DNA of 41,309 nt, from NCBI GenBank assembly GCA_964361885.1, contig CAYICL010000004.1, positions 4,116-45,424 on the forward strand, in the 5' to 3' direction. Positions 1 through 7,956 of the stretch are shown one piece after another (position 1 is the first letter of the stretch; every line of letters starts with the position of its first letter). This DNA is from an uncultured Pseudomonadales bacterium. Lineage in GTDB: Bacteria; Patescibacteriota; Microgenomatia; UBA1400; CG1-02-47-37. Below the pieces are notes generated by a model. The model had not been told where the DNA came from. It searched no databases and saw nothing but the letters and a program-made list of their open reading frames with translations. The position numbers and the translations under genes were made by a program.

Positions 1-1
1 G

Positions 2-505
2 TTACGCCAGAAAGCGGCAGTGGTGTCAAACCTCGCCAATAAAGAGATTCAGGATTTGATCGACGATTTAATTTTAACCGTTCAAGAGATTGATGGCGTT
101 GGCATTGCCGCGCCGCAGGTTTATCAGTCTAAGCGGCTTTTTATTCTTGCCTCACATCCTAACCCGCGCTACCCCAAAGCGCCAAAAATGACTCCAATGA
201 CAGTCATTAACCCAAAGATGGTTTCTCATTCCAGTAAGACGACCAAAGACTGGGAGGGTTGTTTGAGTATTCCCGGAATTCGCGCCTTGGTGCCGCGCTA
301 CCAGTCAATTGCGGTCGAGTTTACTACCAAGCAGGGCAAAGTGGTTAAACGGCAGTTTAAAGACTTTGTCGCCAGAATTTTCCAGCATGAATATGATCAT
401 TTGGAAGGCACTGTCTTTTTAGACCGTGTGGAGACCACGAAAGACATCATCACCGAGAAAGAATACCAAAAACTAATTGCCAGAAAGCACGAATTATTGT
501 TATAA
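2..505 (+). CDS. def: Peptide deformylase (5' end truncated by the window edge)
   Basis: All three PDF motifs are present: GVGIAAPQ, EGCLS and QHEYDHLEG. The frame is open back to position 2 (LRQKAAVV..., matching the usual N-terminal 'LRxKA'), so the true start lies upstream of the window. Confidence 0.95.
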   Translation, partial: LRQKAAVVSNLANKEIQDLIDDLILTVQEIDGVGIAAPQVYQSKRLFILASHPNPRYPKAPKMTPMTVINPKMVSHSSKTTKDWEGCLSIPGIRALVPRYQSIAVEFTTKQGKVVKRQFKDFVARIFQHEYDHLEGTVFLDRVETTKDIITEKEYQKLIARKHELLL

Positions 506-506
506 T
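477..506 (+). promoter_or_regulatory. Putative sigma70 promoter for hicB-hicA
   Basis: TTGCCA (477-482), an 18 bp spacer, then TG-T-TATAAT extended -10 (498-506). The ATG follows 8 nt later at 515. Confidence 0.6.
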
Positions 507-514
507 ACCAGTAT

Positions 515-787
515 ATGCAGACAAAAATTCTTAACTATCGGGTAATTGTGACACCGGACAAACAGACGGGCACAGGAAAGGCCGGATTTACCGCTCTTTG
601 TCCCACCTTGGGCGTAGCCGATGACGGCAATACGGTTGAAGAATCTTTAACCAATCTTAAAGATGCTATTAAGGTTTATGTTGATAGTTTGATTGAAGAT
701 AACGAACCGGTGCCAACTGATCAGCCGGAACGTGACATTGTAACGACAACGCAAATTATTACTTCACAAAATTTCCAGCTTGCTTAA
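515..787 (+). CDS. hicB: HicB-family antitoxin (N-terminal domain only)
   Basis: GFTALCPTLGVADDGNTVEESLTNLKDAIKVY matches the HicB pattern (xxPxL...GxTxEEAxxNxxDA). The protein is acidic, 90 aa, and adjacent to HicA. Confidence 0.8.
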   Translation: MQTKILNYRVIVTPDKQTGTGKAGFTALCPTLGVADDGNTVEESLTNLKDAIKVYVDSLIEDNEPVPTDQPERDIVTTTQIITSQNFQLA

Positions 788-795
788 AAGTTTTA

Positions 796-1017
796 ATGCC
801 TAAACTGCCACAGATTAAACCGAAAAAAATAGAAAAAGTATTGTTAAAAATCGGTTTTATTCCTCGCTCGGGTAAAGGCAGTCATATTGTTTTCAAGCAC
901 GCCGATGGCAGAAGAACAGTCATACCAGTTCACAATTATCCGGTTAGAACGGGGACACTAAGGGCAATTTTGAAACAAATAGACTTGCCGGTTAAAGAAT
1001 TTTTGAAATTGTTGTAA
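796..1017 (+). CDS. hicA: HicA-family toxin (mRNA interferase)
   Basis: Basic 73 aa protein with GF...GKGSH (catalytic His), 'RRTVIPVH' and 'GTLRAILKQ', all typical of HicA. Confidence 0.88.
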   Translation: MPKLPQIKPKKIEKVLLKIGFIPRSGKGSHIVFKHADGRRTVIPVHNYPVRTGTLRAILKQIDLPVKEFLKLL

Positions 1018-1687
1018 TTAAGTCCGGCCTTCTTTTTTTAGTTTTTTTCAGCGCTTCTTTTTCCCGCCAGTTTTTTATTTCCGCGTGGTTGCCGGAAAGA
1101 AGAATTTTTGGCACCTTCATGTTTTTATACACTTCCGGTCGGGTGTATTGGGGGTATTCGAGACCAGCGGCCGCGGAGGCAAATGATTCTTCTTTGAGCG
1201 ACGCCTCTTTGCCGACGACTCCGGGGATGAGGCGGACGACGCTGTCGACAATCACCATGGCCGGCATCTCGCCGCCGGTCAAAACATAATCGCCGATCGA
1301 GATTTCTTCGTTGACCAGGGAGCGGATCCGCTCGTCAAAACCCTCATAATGGCCGCAGGTTAAAATTAAGTGTTTTTGTTTGGCTAATTTTTGTGCCAGT
1401 GATTGGTTAAAAGTTTTGCCTTGCGGTGTTAATAGGATAATTCTAGAATCTAAGATCTTAGATCTAAGATCTGAAATGGCTCGATCGATAATATCCACTT
1501 TCATTACCATTCCCGGTCCGCCGCCAAACGGTTTATCATCAACTGTGTGATGTTTATCCTTAGTCCACTGCCTTAAATTATGAATCTTAATCTGCACCAA
1601 TTTCTTTTTTTTGGCTCTGGCGATTATGCTTGATTCAAACGCACTTTTAAACAACTCTGGGAAAATGGTAATGATATCTATTTTCAT
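992..1687 (-). CDS. trmD: tRNA (guanine37-N1)-methyltransferase
   Basis: Motifs MKIDIITIFPE, VDDKPFGGGPGMVM, LTPQG, CGHYEGFDER, SIGDYVLTGGE, LEYPQYTRP and LLSGNH. Start set to the ATG at 1687 rather than the ORF-track start at 1717. Confidence 0.97.
   Translation of the reverse strand: MKIDIITIFPELFKSAFESSIIARAKKKKLVQIKIHNLRQWTKDKHHTVDDKPFGGGPGMVMKVDIIDRAISDLRSKILDSRIILLTPQGKTFNQSLAQKLAKQKHLILTCGHYEGFDERIRSLVNEEISIGDYVLTGGEMPAMVIVDSVVRLIPGVVGKEASLKEESFASAAAGLEYPQYTRPEVYKNMKVPKILLSGNHAEIKNWREKEALKKTKKRRPDLITTISKIL
1442..1476. repeat. Degenerate heptamer tandem repeat with palindromic core inside trmD
   Basis: TCTAGAA-TCTAAGA-TCTTAGA-TCTAAGA-TCTGAAA. TCTAAGA and TCTTAGA are reverse complements. 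Confidence 0.75.
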
Positions 1688-1755
1688 ATGAGGTAATTGT
1701 ACTATATTATCAATCAAAATTGCTGCTTGAAATTTTGTTAACTACGGTGTACTTT

Positions 1756-2658
1756 ATGGGAGTGAAAAAAGGCTATGTTTTTTTGATAATTATTGCCGCC
1801 ATTCTTTGGAGCCTTGATGGATTATTGCGCCGCTCTCTTTACCTTATCCCTCCCATTACCGTTGTTTTTTTAGAGCACATTTTCAGATTACTCATTCTTT
1901 TGCCTTTTGCCCGCCGGTTCCTGCCTGAATACAAAAAATTGACCCGTCGGGACTGGCTGATTATCATTGCCATCGGTGTGGTTAGCGGTGCCATCGCCAC
2001 CACTATGTATACGGCCGCTTTAGCCCAGGTTAATAATATTAGTTATTCAGTTGTGGCCTTGCTTCAGCAAACTCAGCCGGTCTTTGTTGTTTTATTAGCC
2101 TTTTTCCTCTTAAAAGAAAAAATCACTCCCCGTTATTTAGCCTTTGCTGTTATTGCTTTAATCTCTGCCTACTTTTTAACCTTTCCTCAATACAAACCGA
2201 CCTTTGTCCACGGCAGCGGAGAATTGATAGCCGCTATTCTGGCTGTTGGAGCCGCTTTTTCCTGGGGAGCCGGTACGGTTTTAAGTAAACTGATTTTAGC
2301 CAAGATAAGTTATGTCGCTTTAGTTATTGTCAGGTTTGCCGTTGTTATTCCGGTTACTTTAATCATGATGTTGTTTAGCGGTCAGACCTATCCTTTTTTT
2401 GCCATTACCTCAACTCAATGGTTTAACCTTCTTATTATCGCCTTTTTTTCCGGTTCCGTGGGTTTTGTCATTTACTACAAAGGCTTACAGCATACCGAAG
2501 CCAAAGTAGCCACTTTTGCCGAGTTTGCCTGGCCTTTATCAGCTGCCCTTATCGGTTACTTCTTTTTACACGAACACTTGAGCTTAGTTCAAATCCTGGC
2601 CGGCGCCATCCTTCTTTTGGATATTTTAACACTGTCTTTGACTGCCAAAGAGCAATAA
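1756..2658 (+). CDS. EamA/DMT-family transporter
   Basis: About 300 aa with ~10 hydrophobic segments and two EamA-like halves (QPVFVVLLAFFLLKEKIT; PLSAALIGYFFLHEHLS). Start is likely the ATG at 1756 or the GTG at 1762. Confidence 0.85.
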   Translation: MGVKKGYVFLIIIAAILWSLDGLLRRSLYLIPPITVVFLEHIFRLLILLPFARRFLPEYKKLTRRDWLIIIAIGVVSGAIATTMYTAALAQVNNISYSVVALLQQTQPVFVVLLAFFLLKEKITPRYLAFAVIALISAYFLTFPQYKPTFVHGSGELIAAILAVGAAFSWGAGTVLSKLILAKISYVALVIVRFAVVIPVTLIMMLFSGQTYPFFAITSTQWFNLLIIAFFSGSVGFVIYYKGLQHTEAKVATFAEFAWPLSAALIGYFFLHEHLSLVQILAGAILLLDILTLSLTAKEQ

Positions 2659-2673
2659 CTAATTTTTCTATCT

Positions 2674-3558
2674 GTGAAACATCTCCAACATTCAATTACC
2701 ATTAGTGGCACGGTTATTCCAGGTGAAAAAATTGGCCGGAAAATTAATTTTCCCACCGCCAATCTATCTTTAACCAAAAAACCTTCAATTAAGCCTGGAG
2801 TCTATATCGCTCTTTGTTATTTAAACACAAAATCATATCTTGGTTTAGCCTACTATGGAAAAAGATATATCTTTAACCAATCCCAAAACAGTTTTGAAGT
2901 CTATTTATTTGATTTAAATCAAAATATATATGGCCGGGTTTTAAAAGTTAAGCTGACCCATTGGCTCCGTCCGCCCCTAAAGTTAACCAGCCTGAAAAAA
3001 CTTCAAACTCAGCTTGAAAAAGATCAAGCCGGTTTAAATCAAGCCGTGGTTTTAGTCGATAAAAGCGATCAACTTTTAGGTTTAGAAACTAAAGTTAAAG
3101 CCCATCAGGGTGGGGGCAAATTGCACCGGGCTATATCTGTTTTTCTTTTTAACTCCAAAGAAGAACTGTTAATTCAGAAACGTAGCCGGTTTAAAACCCT
3201 CTGGCCTCTGGTTTGGGCCAATACTTGCTGTTCCCATCCTCAAATAGGTGAGTCATATCAAAAAGCGGCGAAGCGTCGGCTCTATCAGGAGTTTGGGATT
3301 AAAGCCAAGTTGCGGCTTCATCATCAATTTATCTATCAGGCAAAATATCGTCACCTTGGATCAGAATATGAGCATGATGCTGTTTTTTTAGGTGTTTCCA
3401 ATCAACCGCCCAAACCGGATAAGCAAGAAATCAAGGCTTGGCAATATATTTCTTTAAAAACATTAAGAGCCGATATTAAAGCTCACCCGGACCAATATGG
3501 TCCCTGGTTAAAATTAATCGTGAAAAAGATCCGCTCATCTGATATATTTAACTCATGA
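2674..3558 (+). CDS. Fusion protein: riboflavin kinase domain (N-term) plus type-1 isopentenyl-diphosphate delta-isomerase (C-term)
   Basis: N-terminal GTVIPGEKIGRKINFPTANL, GVY, EVYLFD and IYG..LKV...WLRP match the RibF kinase module. C-terminal VVLVD..D..LG, KAH..GKLHRAISVFLFN, LLIQKRS, WANTCCSHP, EYEHD and GPW match IDI-1. No stop codon lies between them. Confidence 0.85.
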   Translation: MKHLQHSITISGTVIPGEKIGRKINFPTANLSLTKKPSIKPGVYIALCYLNTKSYLGLAYYGKRYIFNQSQNSFEVYLFDLNQNIYGRVLKVKLTHWLRPPLKLTSLKKLQTQLEKDQAGLNQAVVLVDKSDQLLGLETKVKAHQGGGKLHRAISVFLFNSKEELLIQKRSRFKTLWPLVWANTCCSHPQIGESYQKAAKRRLYQEFGIKAKLRLHHQFIYQAKYRHLGSEYEHDAVFLGVSNQPPKPDKQEIKAWQYISLKTLRADIKAHPDQYGPWLKLIVKKIRSSDIFNS

Positions 3559-4844
3559 AAGTTTGTGTTTTAGGAACTGGTTATGTTGGCTTAGTCACTT
3601 CAGCGGTTTTTAGCCATCTTGGACACCAAGTCATCGGTTTGGATATTGATCAAGCCAAAATCAACCGCTTAAAAAAAGGCCAGGTGACAATTTACGAACC
3701 CGGCTTAGAAGACTTATTTAATAAATATTTATCCTCAGGCCGTTTAACCTTTACTACTAGTTATCCTGATGCTGTCAAAGCGGCCGAATTAATCTTCATC
3801 TGTGTCGGCACCCCGTCTAAAAAAGACGGCAGTTATGATTCAAAATATGTCTATGCCGCGGCTAAATCTATCGCTAAAAACCTGAAACAGTATGCGGTTA
3901 TTGTCATTAAAAGTACCGTGCCGCCCTCAACTACCGCTGAGGTTAGAAAAATTATTGCCAGCCACACTAAAGTTCCTTTTGACCTGGCTTCTATGCCTGA
4001 ATTTTTACGCGAAGGTTCAGCTGTCAATGATGCCCTCCATCCGTCAAGAATCATCTTGGGTGTAGCTTCAGTCAAGGCTGAAAGATTATTGCGTCAAGCT
4101 CATAAAAAATTACCAGCTCCGGTTTTAGTCACTGATCCGGCTTCAGCTCAAATGATCAAATATGCCTCCAATGCCATGCTGGCTACCCGCATTTCTTTTA
4201 TTAATGCCATAGCTATTTTATGCGATAAAGTCGGCGCTGATATCCAAGCCGTTTCTGCCGGTTTAGGCCTGGATCCGCGCATTGGTCAGAGTTTTTTATC
4301 TGCCGGTTTAGGCTACGGCGGTTCATGTTTTCCCAAAGACACCTGGGCCTTAATCTCTTTTGCTAAAAGTTTAGGTTATGATTTTGACTTCTTAAAACAA
4401 GTCGATCAAGTTAACAATGATCAAATCGACTATTTTATTGCCAAAATCAAATCAGCCTACCCGGACGGTCTTAAGGGCAAAATTTTAACCGTTTTAGGTT
4501 TGGCTTTTAAGCCTAATACCGACGATCTTCGGGAAGCCCGGTCTCTGGTTTTAATTCATCAGCTGCAGCAAATGGGAGCGATTATTCATGTTTATGATCC
4601 GGTGGCCATGCCTAATGCTAAAAAAATTCTTCATCAGGTCAAATTTTTCTCCGATCCGTATTTAGCCTTAATTAATTCTGACGGTTTGGTTTTAGTTACA
4701 GAATGGCAGGAGTTTAAAGACTTAAACTTTAGCCAGTTAAAAACTGTAATGGCCGCCCCTAATGTTTTTGACGGTCGCAATTGCTTGCCTTTAAAAACCT
4801 TAAAAAAACTGGGTTTTAACTATTTTGCTATTGGCCGATCATGA
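3555..4844 (+). CDS. ugd: UDP-glucose/GDP-mannose 6-dehydrogenase family
   Basis: Motifs GTGYVG, ICVGTP, KSTVPP, PEFLREG, GYGGSCFPKD (catalytic Cys) and GLAFKPNTDDLRE. Confidence 0.92.
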   Translation: MKVCVLGTGYVGLVTSAVFSHLGHQVIGLDIDQAKINRLKKGQVTIYEPGLEDLFNKYLSSGRLTFTTSYPDAVKAAELIFICVGTPSKKDGSYDSKYVYAAAKSIAKNLKQYAVIVIKSTVPPSTTAEVRKIIASHTKVPFDLASMPEFLREGSAVNDALHPSRIILGVASVKAERLLRQAHKKLPAPVLVTDPASAQMIKYASNAMLATRISFINAIAILCDKVGADIQAVSAGLGLDPRIGQSFLSAGLGYGGSCFPKDTWALISFAKSLGYDFDFLKQVDQVNNDQIDYFIAKIKSAYPDGLKGKILTVLGLAFKPNTDDLREARSLVLIHQLQQMGAIIHVYDPVAMPNAKKILHQVKFFSDPYLALINSDGLVLVTEWQEFKDLNFSQLKTVMAAPNVFDGRNCLPLKTLKKLGFNYFAIGRS

Positions 4845-5803
4845 ACCAACTGGCTTTAATCACCGGTATTACCGGTCAAGACGGCTCCTATTTAGCCGAA
4901 TATTTATTGAAAAAAAAATATCAAGTCGTCGGTCTGGTCAGTCCCAGGCACAACATTGGTTTTCAAAATATTGATCATTTCAAAGACAAGCTGATTTTAG
5001 AACCAGGTGATTTAGTGCAAAAAGATTCGTTGTTAAAAATTATCAAGCGCTTCCGTCCGGCCGAAATCTATAATCTGGCCGGTTTGACATTTGGTCCTAT
5101 CGCCTGGGAAAAACCAACCCTGGCTTTTGATATCAACACTTTAGGTACCTCCAGGCTTCTGGAAATTATCAGAGACTACTCCCCCGAGACAAAATTTTAT
5201 CAAGCCACTTCAGCCAAAATCTTTGGTAATCCGCAAATCTCGCCTCAAACCGAATCAACTCCCATAAAACCGATTGACCCTTATGGTGTTTCCAAAGCTT
5301 GCAGTCATTATTTAACCCAAAACTTCAGAGCCCATTTTGGTTTGTTTGCCGTCTCCGGGATTTTGTACAATCACGAATCCGAACGCCGCGGTCAGGAATT
5401 CGTTACACGCAAAATTACTTCAACCGCCTGCCGGATCAAACTGGGATTGACGGATAAATTAGTCTTAGGCCGGCTGGAGGCCAAACAGGACTGGGGTTAT
5501 GCTCCTGATTATGTTAAGGCTATGTGGTTAATGCTTCAGCAAACCAAACCGGATGATTATATTATTGCCAGCGGCCGGCTTCATTCTGTCCGTGATGTTT
5601 GTCAAATTGCTTTTTCCTATTTGGGTCTTGATTACCAAAAATATGTCAAAGTTGATAAGAAATTCTATCGAAAAACCGAGGCTAAAGCTTTATTCGGCAA
5701 TCCAACCAAAGCCAGCCAAGATTTGGGCTGGAAACCTCAAGTTAACTTTAAAAATATGATTATCAAAATGGTAAAAAATGATTTACAATTACTTAAACAG
5801 TAA
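4841..5803 (+). CDS. GDP-mannose 4,6-dehydratase-like SDR (divergent paralog with catalytic Glu replaced)
   Basis: Retains GITGQDGSYLAE, YGVSK, GILYNHES, FVTRKI and DWGYAPDYV, but has QATSAK where the canonical paralog has QASSSE. Confidence 0.8.
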   Translation: MNQLALITGITGQDGSYLAEYLLKKKYQVVGLVSPRHNIGFQNIDHFKDKLILEPGDLVQKDSLLKIIKRFRPAEIYNLAGLTFGPIAWEKPTLAFDINTLGTSRLLEIIRDYSPETKFYQATSAKIFGNPQISPQTESTPIKPIDPYGVSKACSHYLTQNFRAHFGLFAVSGILYNHESERRGQEFVTRKITSTACRIKLGLTDKLVLGRLEAKQDWGYAPDYVKAMWLMLQQTKPDDYIIASGRLHSVRDVCQIAFSYLGLDYQKYVKVDKKFYRKTEAKALFGNPTKASQDLGWKPQVNFKNMIIKMVKNDLQLLKQ

Positions 5804-5808
5804 TTAAC

Positions 5809-5844
5809 CACCTCCGAGGTGTCTACTTTTTCACCTCGGAGGTG
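5809..5844. repeat. Intergenic perfect inverted repeat made of two self-palindromic 13-mers (REP-like or operator-like)
   Basis: CACCTCCGAGGTG (5809-5821), a 10 nt spacer, then CACCTCGGAGGTG (5832-5844). The arms are exact reverse complements and each is CACCTC-N-GAGGTG. Confidence 0.85.
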
Positions 5845-5863
5845 AAATCAGCAGGTAAAATAT

Positions 5864-6835
5864 ATGCAAAAGAAAGCTTTTATCACCGGTATTACCGGTC
5901 AAGACGGCTCCTATTTAGCCGAGTTTTTGTTAAAGAAAAATTACCAGGTTTTTGGTTTAACCAGACGCACCAGCACTTCTAATTATGACCGGATTAAAGA
6001 CATTGTTGATCAGATTACTCTGGTTTCCGGTGATCTTTTGGATCAGCATTCTTTAAGTCATGCCATCAAAGAAATTCAGCCGGATGAAGTTTATAATCTG
6101 GCTGCCCAATCTTTTGTCCCTGCTTCCTGGACTCAGCCGGTTTTAACCGGCGAGTTTACCGCTTTGGGCGTCACCCGTGTTTTAGAGGCTCTTCGGATTG
6201 CCAAACCTGATGCTAAATTTTACCAAGCCTCATCATCGGAAATGTTTGGCAAAGTCCGGCAAACCCCTCAAAACGAAACCACTCCTTTTTACCCCAGAAG
6301 TCCTTATGGCGTGGCTAAAGTCTATGGTTATTGGATCACCGTCAACTACCGTGAATCGTACAATATGTTTGCCGCCTCCGGCATTCTTTTTAATCACGAA
6401 TCCGAACGCCGCGGGTTAGAATTCGTCACCCGCAAGATCTCCCATGCTGTTGCCAGGATTAAGCTTGGTAAACAATCTAAACTTAGCTTAGGTAATCTGG
6501 AATCAAAACGCGACTGGGGTTATGCTCCTGATTATGTTGAAGCCATATGGATGATACTTCAGCAGGACAAACCTCAGGACTTTGTTGTCGGTACCGGCAA
6601 AACCTGGTCGGTCAAGCAATGTGCCGAAATTGCTTTTGCTGCGGTCGGGCTTAACTGGCAAGACTATGTGGAAATCGATCAAGCTCTAATCCGGCCGGCA
6701 GAAGTTGATCTTTTGCGGGCCGATGCCTCTAAAGCTAAAAAAGTTTTAGGTTGGCAACCCAAAACCAGTTTTGAAACCATGATGCGAATCATGGTTGAAG
6801 CTGATATCAAAAGGGAAAAATCTCTATCTTTATGA
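5864..6835 (+). CDS. gmd: GDP-mannose (or GDP-manno-heptose) 4,6-dehydratase
   Basis: Motifs GITGQDGSYLAE, NLAAQSFV, QASSSEMFG, PFYPRSPYGVAK, LFNHES, GNLESKRDWG and RPAEVDLL. Confidence 0.92.
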   Translation: MQKKAFITGITGQDGSYLAEFLLKKNYQVFGLTRRTSTSNYDRIKDIVDQITLVSGDLLDQHSLSHAIKEIQPDEVYNLAAQSFVPASWTQPVLTGEFTALGVTRVLEALRIAKPDAKFYQASSSEMFGKVRQTPQNETTPFYPRSPYGVAKVYGYWITVNYRESYNMFAASGILFNHESERRGLEFVTRKISHAVARIKLGKQSKLSLGNLESKRDWGYAPDYVEAIWMILQQDKPQDFVVGTGKTWSVKQCAEIAFAAVGLNWQDYVEIDQALIRPAEVDLLRADASKAKKVLGWQPKTSFETMMRIMVEADIKREKSLSL

Positions 6836-7953
6836 GAGTGACCATTATTATTCCCACCTATAACGAAAAAGACAATATCGGTCAAACTATTGACGGCCTG
6901 GAACAGGTTTTTAAAGATATTCCTTCAAACCACCAAATGGAAATCTTGGTCATTGACGACAACTCTCCGGACGGTACGGCAGATATAGTCAAAGCTAAAG
7001 CCGCTCATTACGCTAACATTAAACTTTTACCCAATAAGGAGAAAAAAGGCTTGGGTGCGGCTTATATTAAAGCCATGAAATACGCCATGGAAAAACTTAA
7101 TAGCGATGCTGTTTTTGAATACGACGCTGACGGTTCCCACCAGCCAAAATACATTCCGGCCATGGTTGAACTTTTGGCTGCCAAAGCCGATGTAGTCATC
7201 GGCTCCCGCTATGTCCCTGGCGGCGGCATGCCGGCAAACTGGGGGATTCATCGTAAATTTTTATCATACTTTGGTAATTTAATTGCCCGGGTAGTTCTGT
7301 TTACTCCTCAATACAAAGATATGACCACCGGCTACCGGGGCACCAAAACCAAGTTTTTAAAACTAATTGACCTTGATAATTTAATCTCCAAACAGTTTGC
7401 CTACAAAATCCAGCTTTACTATGAACTGCATCGGGTCGGAGCTAAGATTGTCGAATACCCAATTGACTTTGTCGACCGCTCCCAAGGTAAAAGCAAGTTT
7501 CCCCGAAACAATATCATTGACTCCTTAAGAGTGGTTTTTTCCCTTCGCTTAAGGGATAGCCGTAAATTCATCCAAGTCGCTGTCGTCGGCTTTATTGGCT
7601 CAATTGTCCAATTTATCATCTTCAACCTCTTGCGCTTATCCTTCTCTCCAGAGTATGCCAATGTTTTTGCCGTTGAAGCGGCCGTGATTTCCAACTTTAG
7701 CTTAAACAACCTTTGGACCTTCAAAGCTAACCGCATCCCGGTGAGACAAGCTAAAAAACTAATCATTAAATTCCTCCAGTTTAACTTGGCCTCAATGGGT
7801 TCAATCATTATTCAGTTTCTGGTTTTAAAGATTGGCGTCAACCTGTTTGGTCGGTCATTTTTAATCGAAAACAGCCTGGTTGCCATCGGTATTTTACTCG
7901 GTCTTGTCTGGAACTACCTGATGTATACCAGGTGGATATGGAAGAAAAAGTAA
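6832..7953 (+). CDS. Polyprenyl-phosphate glycosyl synthase (DPM1-like GT2) fused to a GtrA-like 4-TM domain
   Basis: Motifs IPTYNE, DDNSPDGT, GLGAAY, DADGSH, GSRY and DMTTGYR. The C-terminus has four hydrophobic helices with GtrA-like 'NFSLNNLWTF' and 'WNYLMY'. Confidence 0.85.
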   Translation: MRVTIIIPTYNEKDNIGQTIDGLEQVFKDIPSNHQMEILVIDDNSPDGTADIVKAKAAHYANIKLLPNKEKKGLGAAYIKAMKYAMEKLNSDAVFEYDADGSHQPKYIPAMVELLAAKADVVIGSRYVPGGGMPANWGIHRKFLSYFGNLIARVVLFTPQYKDMTTGYRGTKTKFLKLIDLDNLISKQFAYKIQLYYELHRVGAKIVEYPIDFVDRSQGKSKFPRNNIIDSLRVVFSLRLRDSRKFIQVAVVGFIGSIVQFIIFNLLRLSFSPEYANVFAVEAAVISNFSLNNLWTFKANRIPVRQAKKLIIKFLQFNLASMGSIIIQFLVLKIGVNLFGRSFLIENSLVAIGILLGLVWNYLMYTRWIWKKK

Positions 7954-7956
7954 ATA

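Noticed and set aside
1167-1176. GCGGCCGCGG palindromic patch in trmD (SAAAG)
   Set aside because: It is too short and is explained by Ala codons in a GC-rich segment.
1688-1755. Possible FMN riboswitch upstream of the transporter/RFK genes
   Set aside because: The gap is only 68 nt, AT-rich, and lacks RFN conserved blocks.
4910-4918. A9 homopolymer (and other A/T runs) as phase-variation tracts
   Set aside because: Such runs are common in this AT-rich, Lys/Phe-rich coding sequence and all frames are intact.
5809-5844. Rho-independent terminator or CRISPR remnant
   Set aside because: There is no U-tract on either strand, only two inverted units with a 10 nt spacer, and no cas genes.
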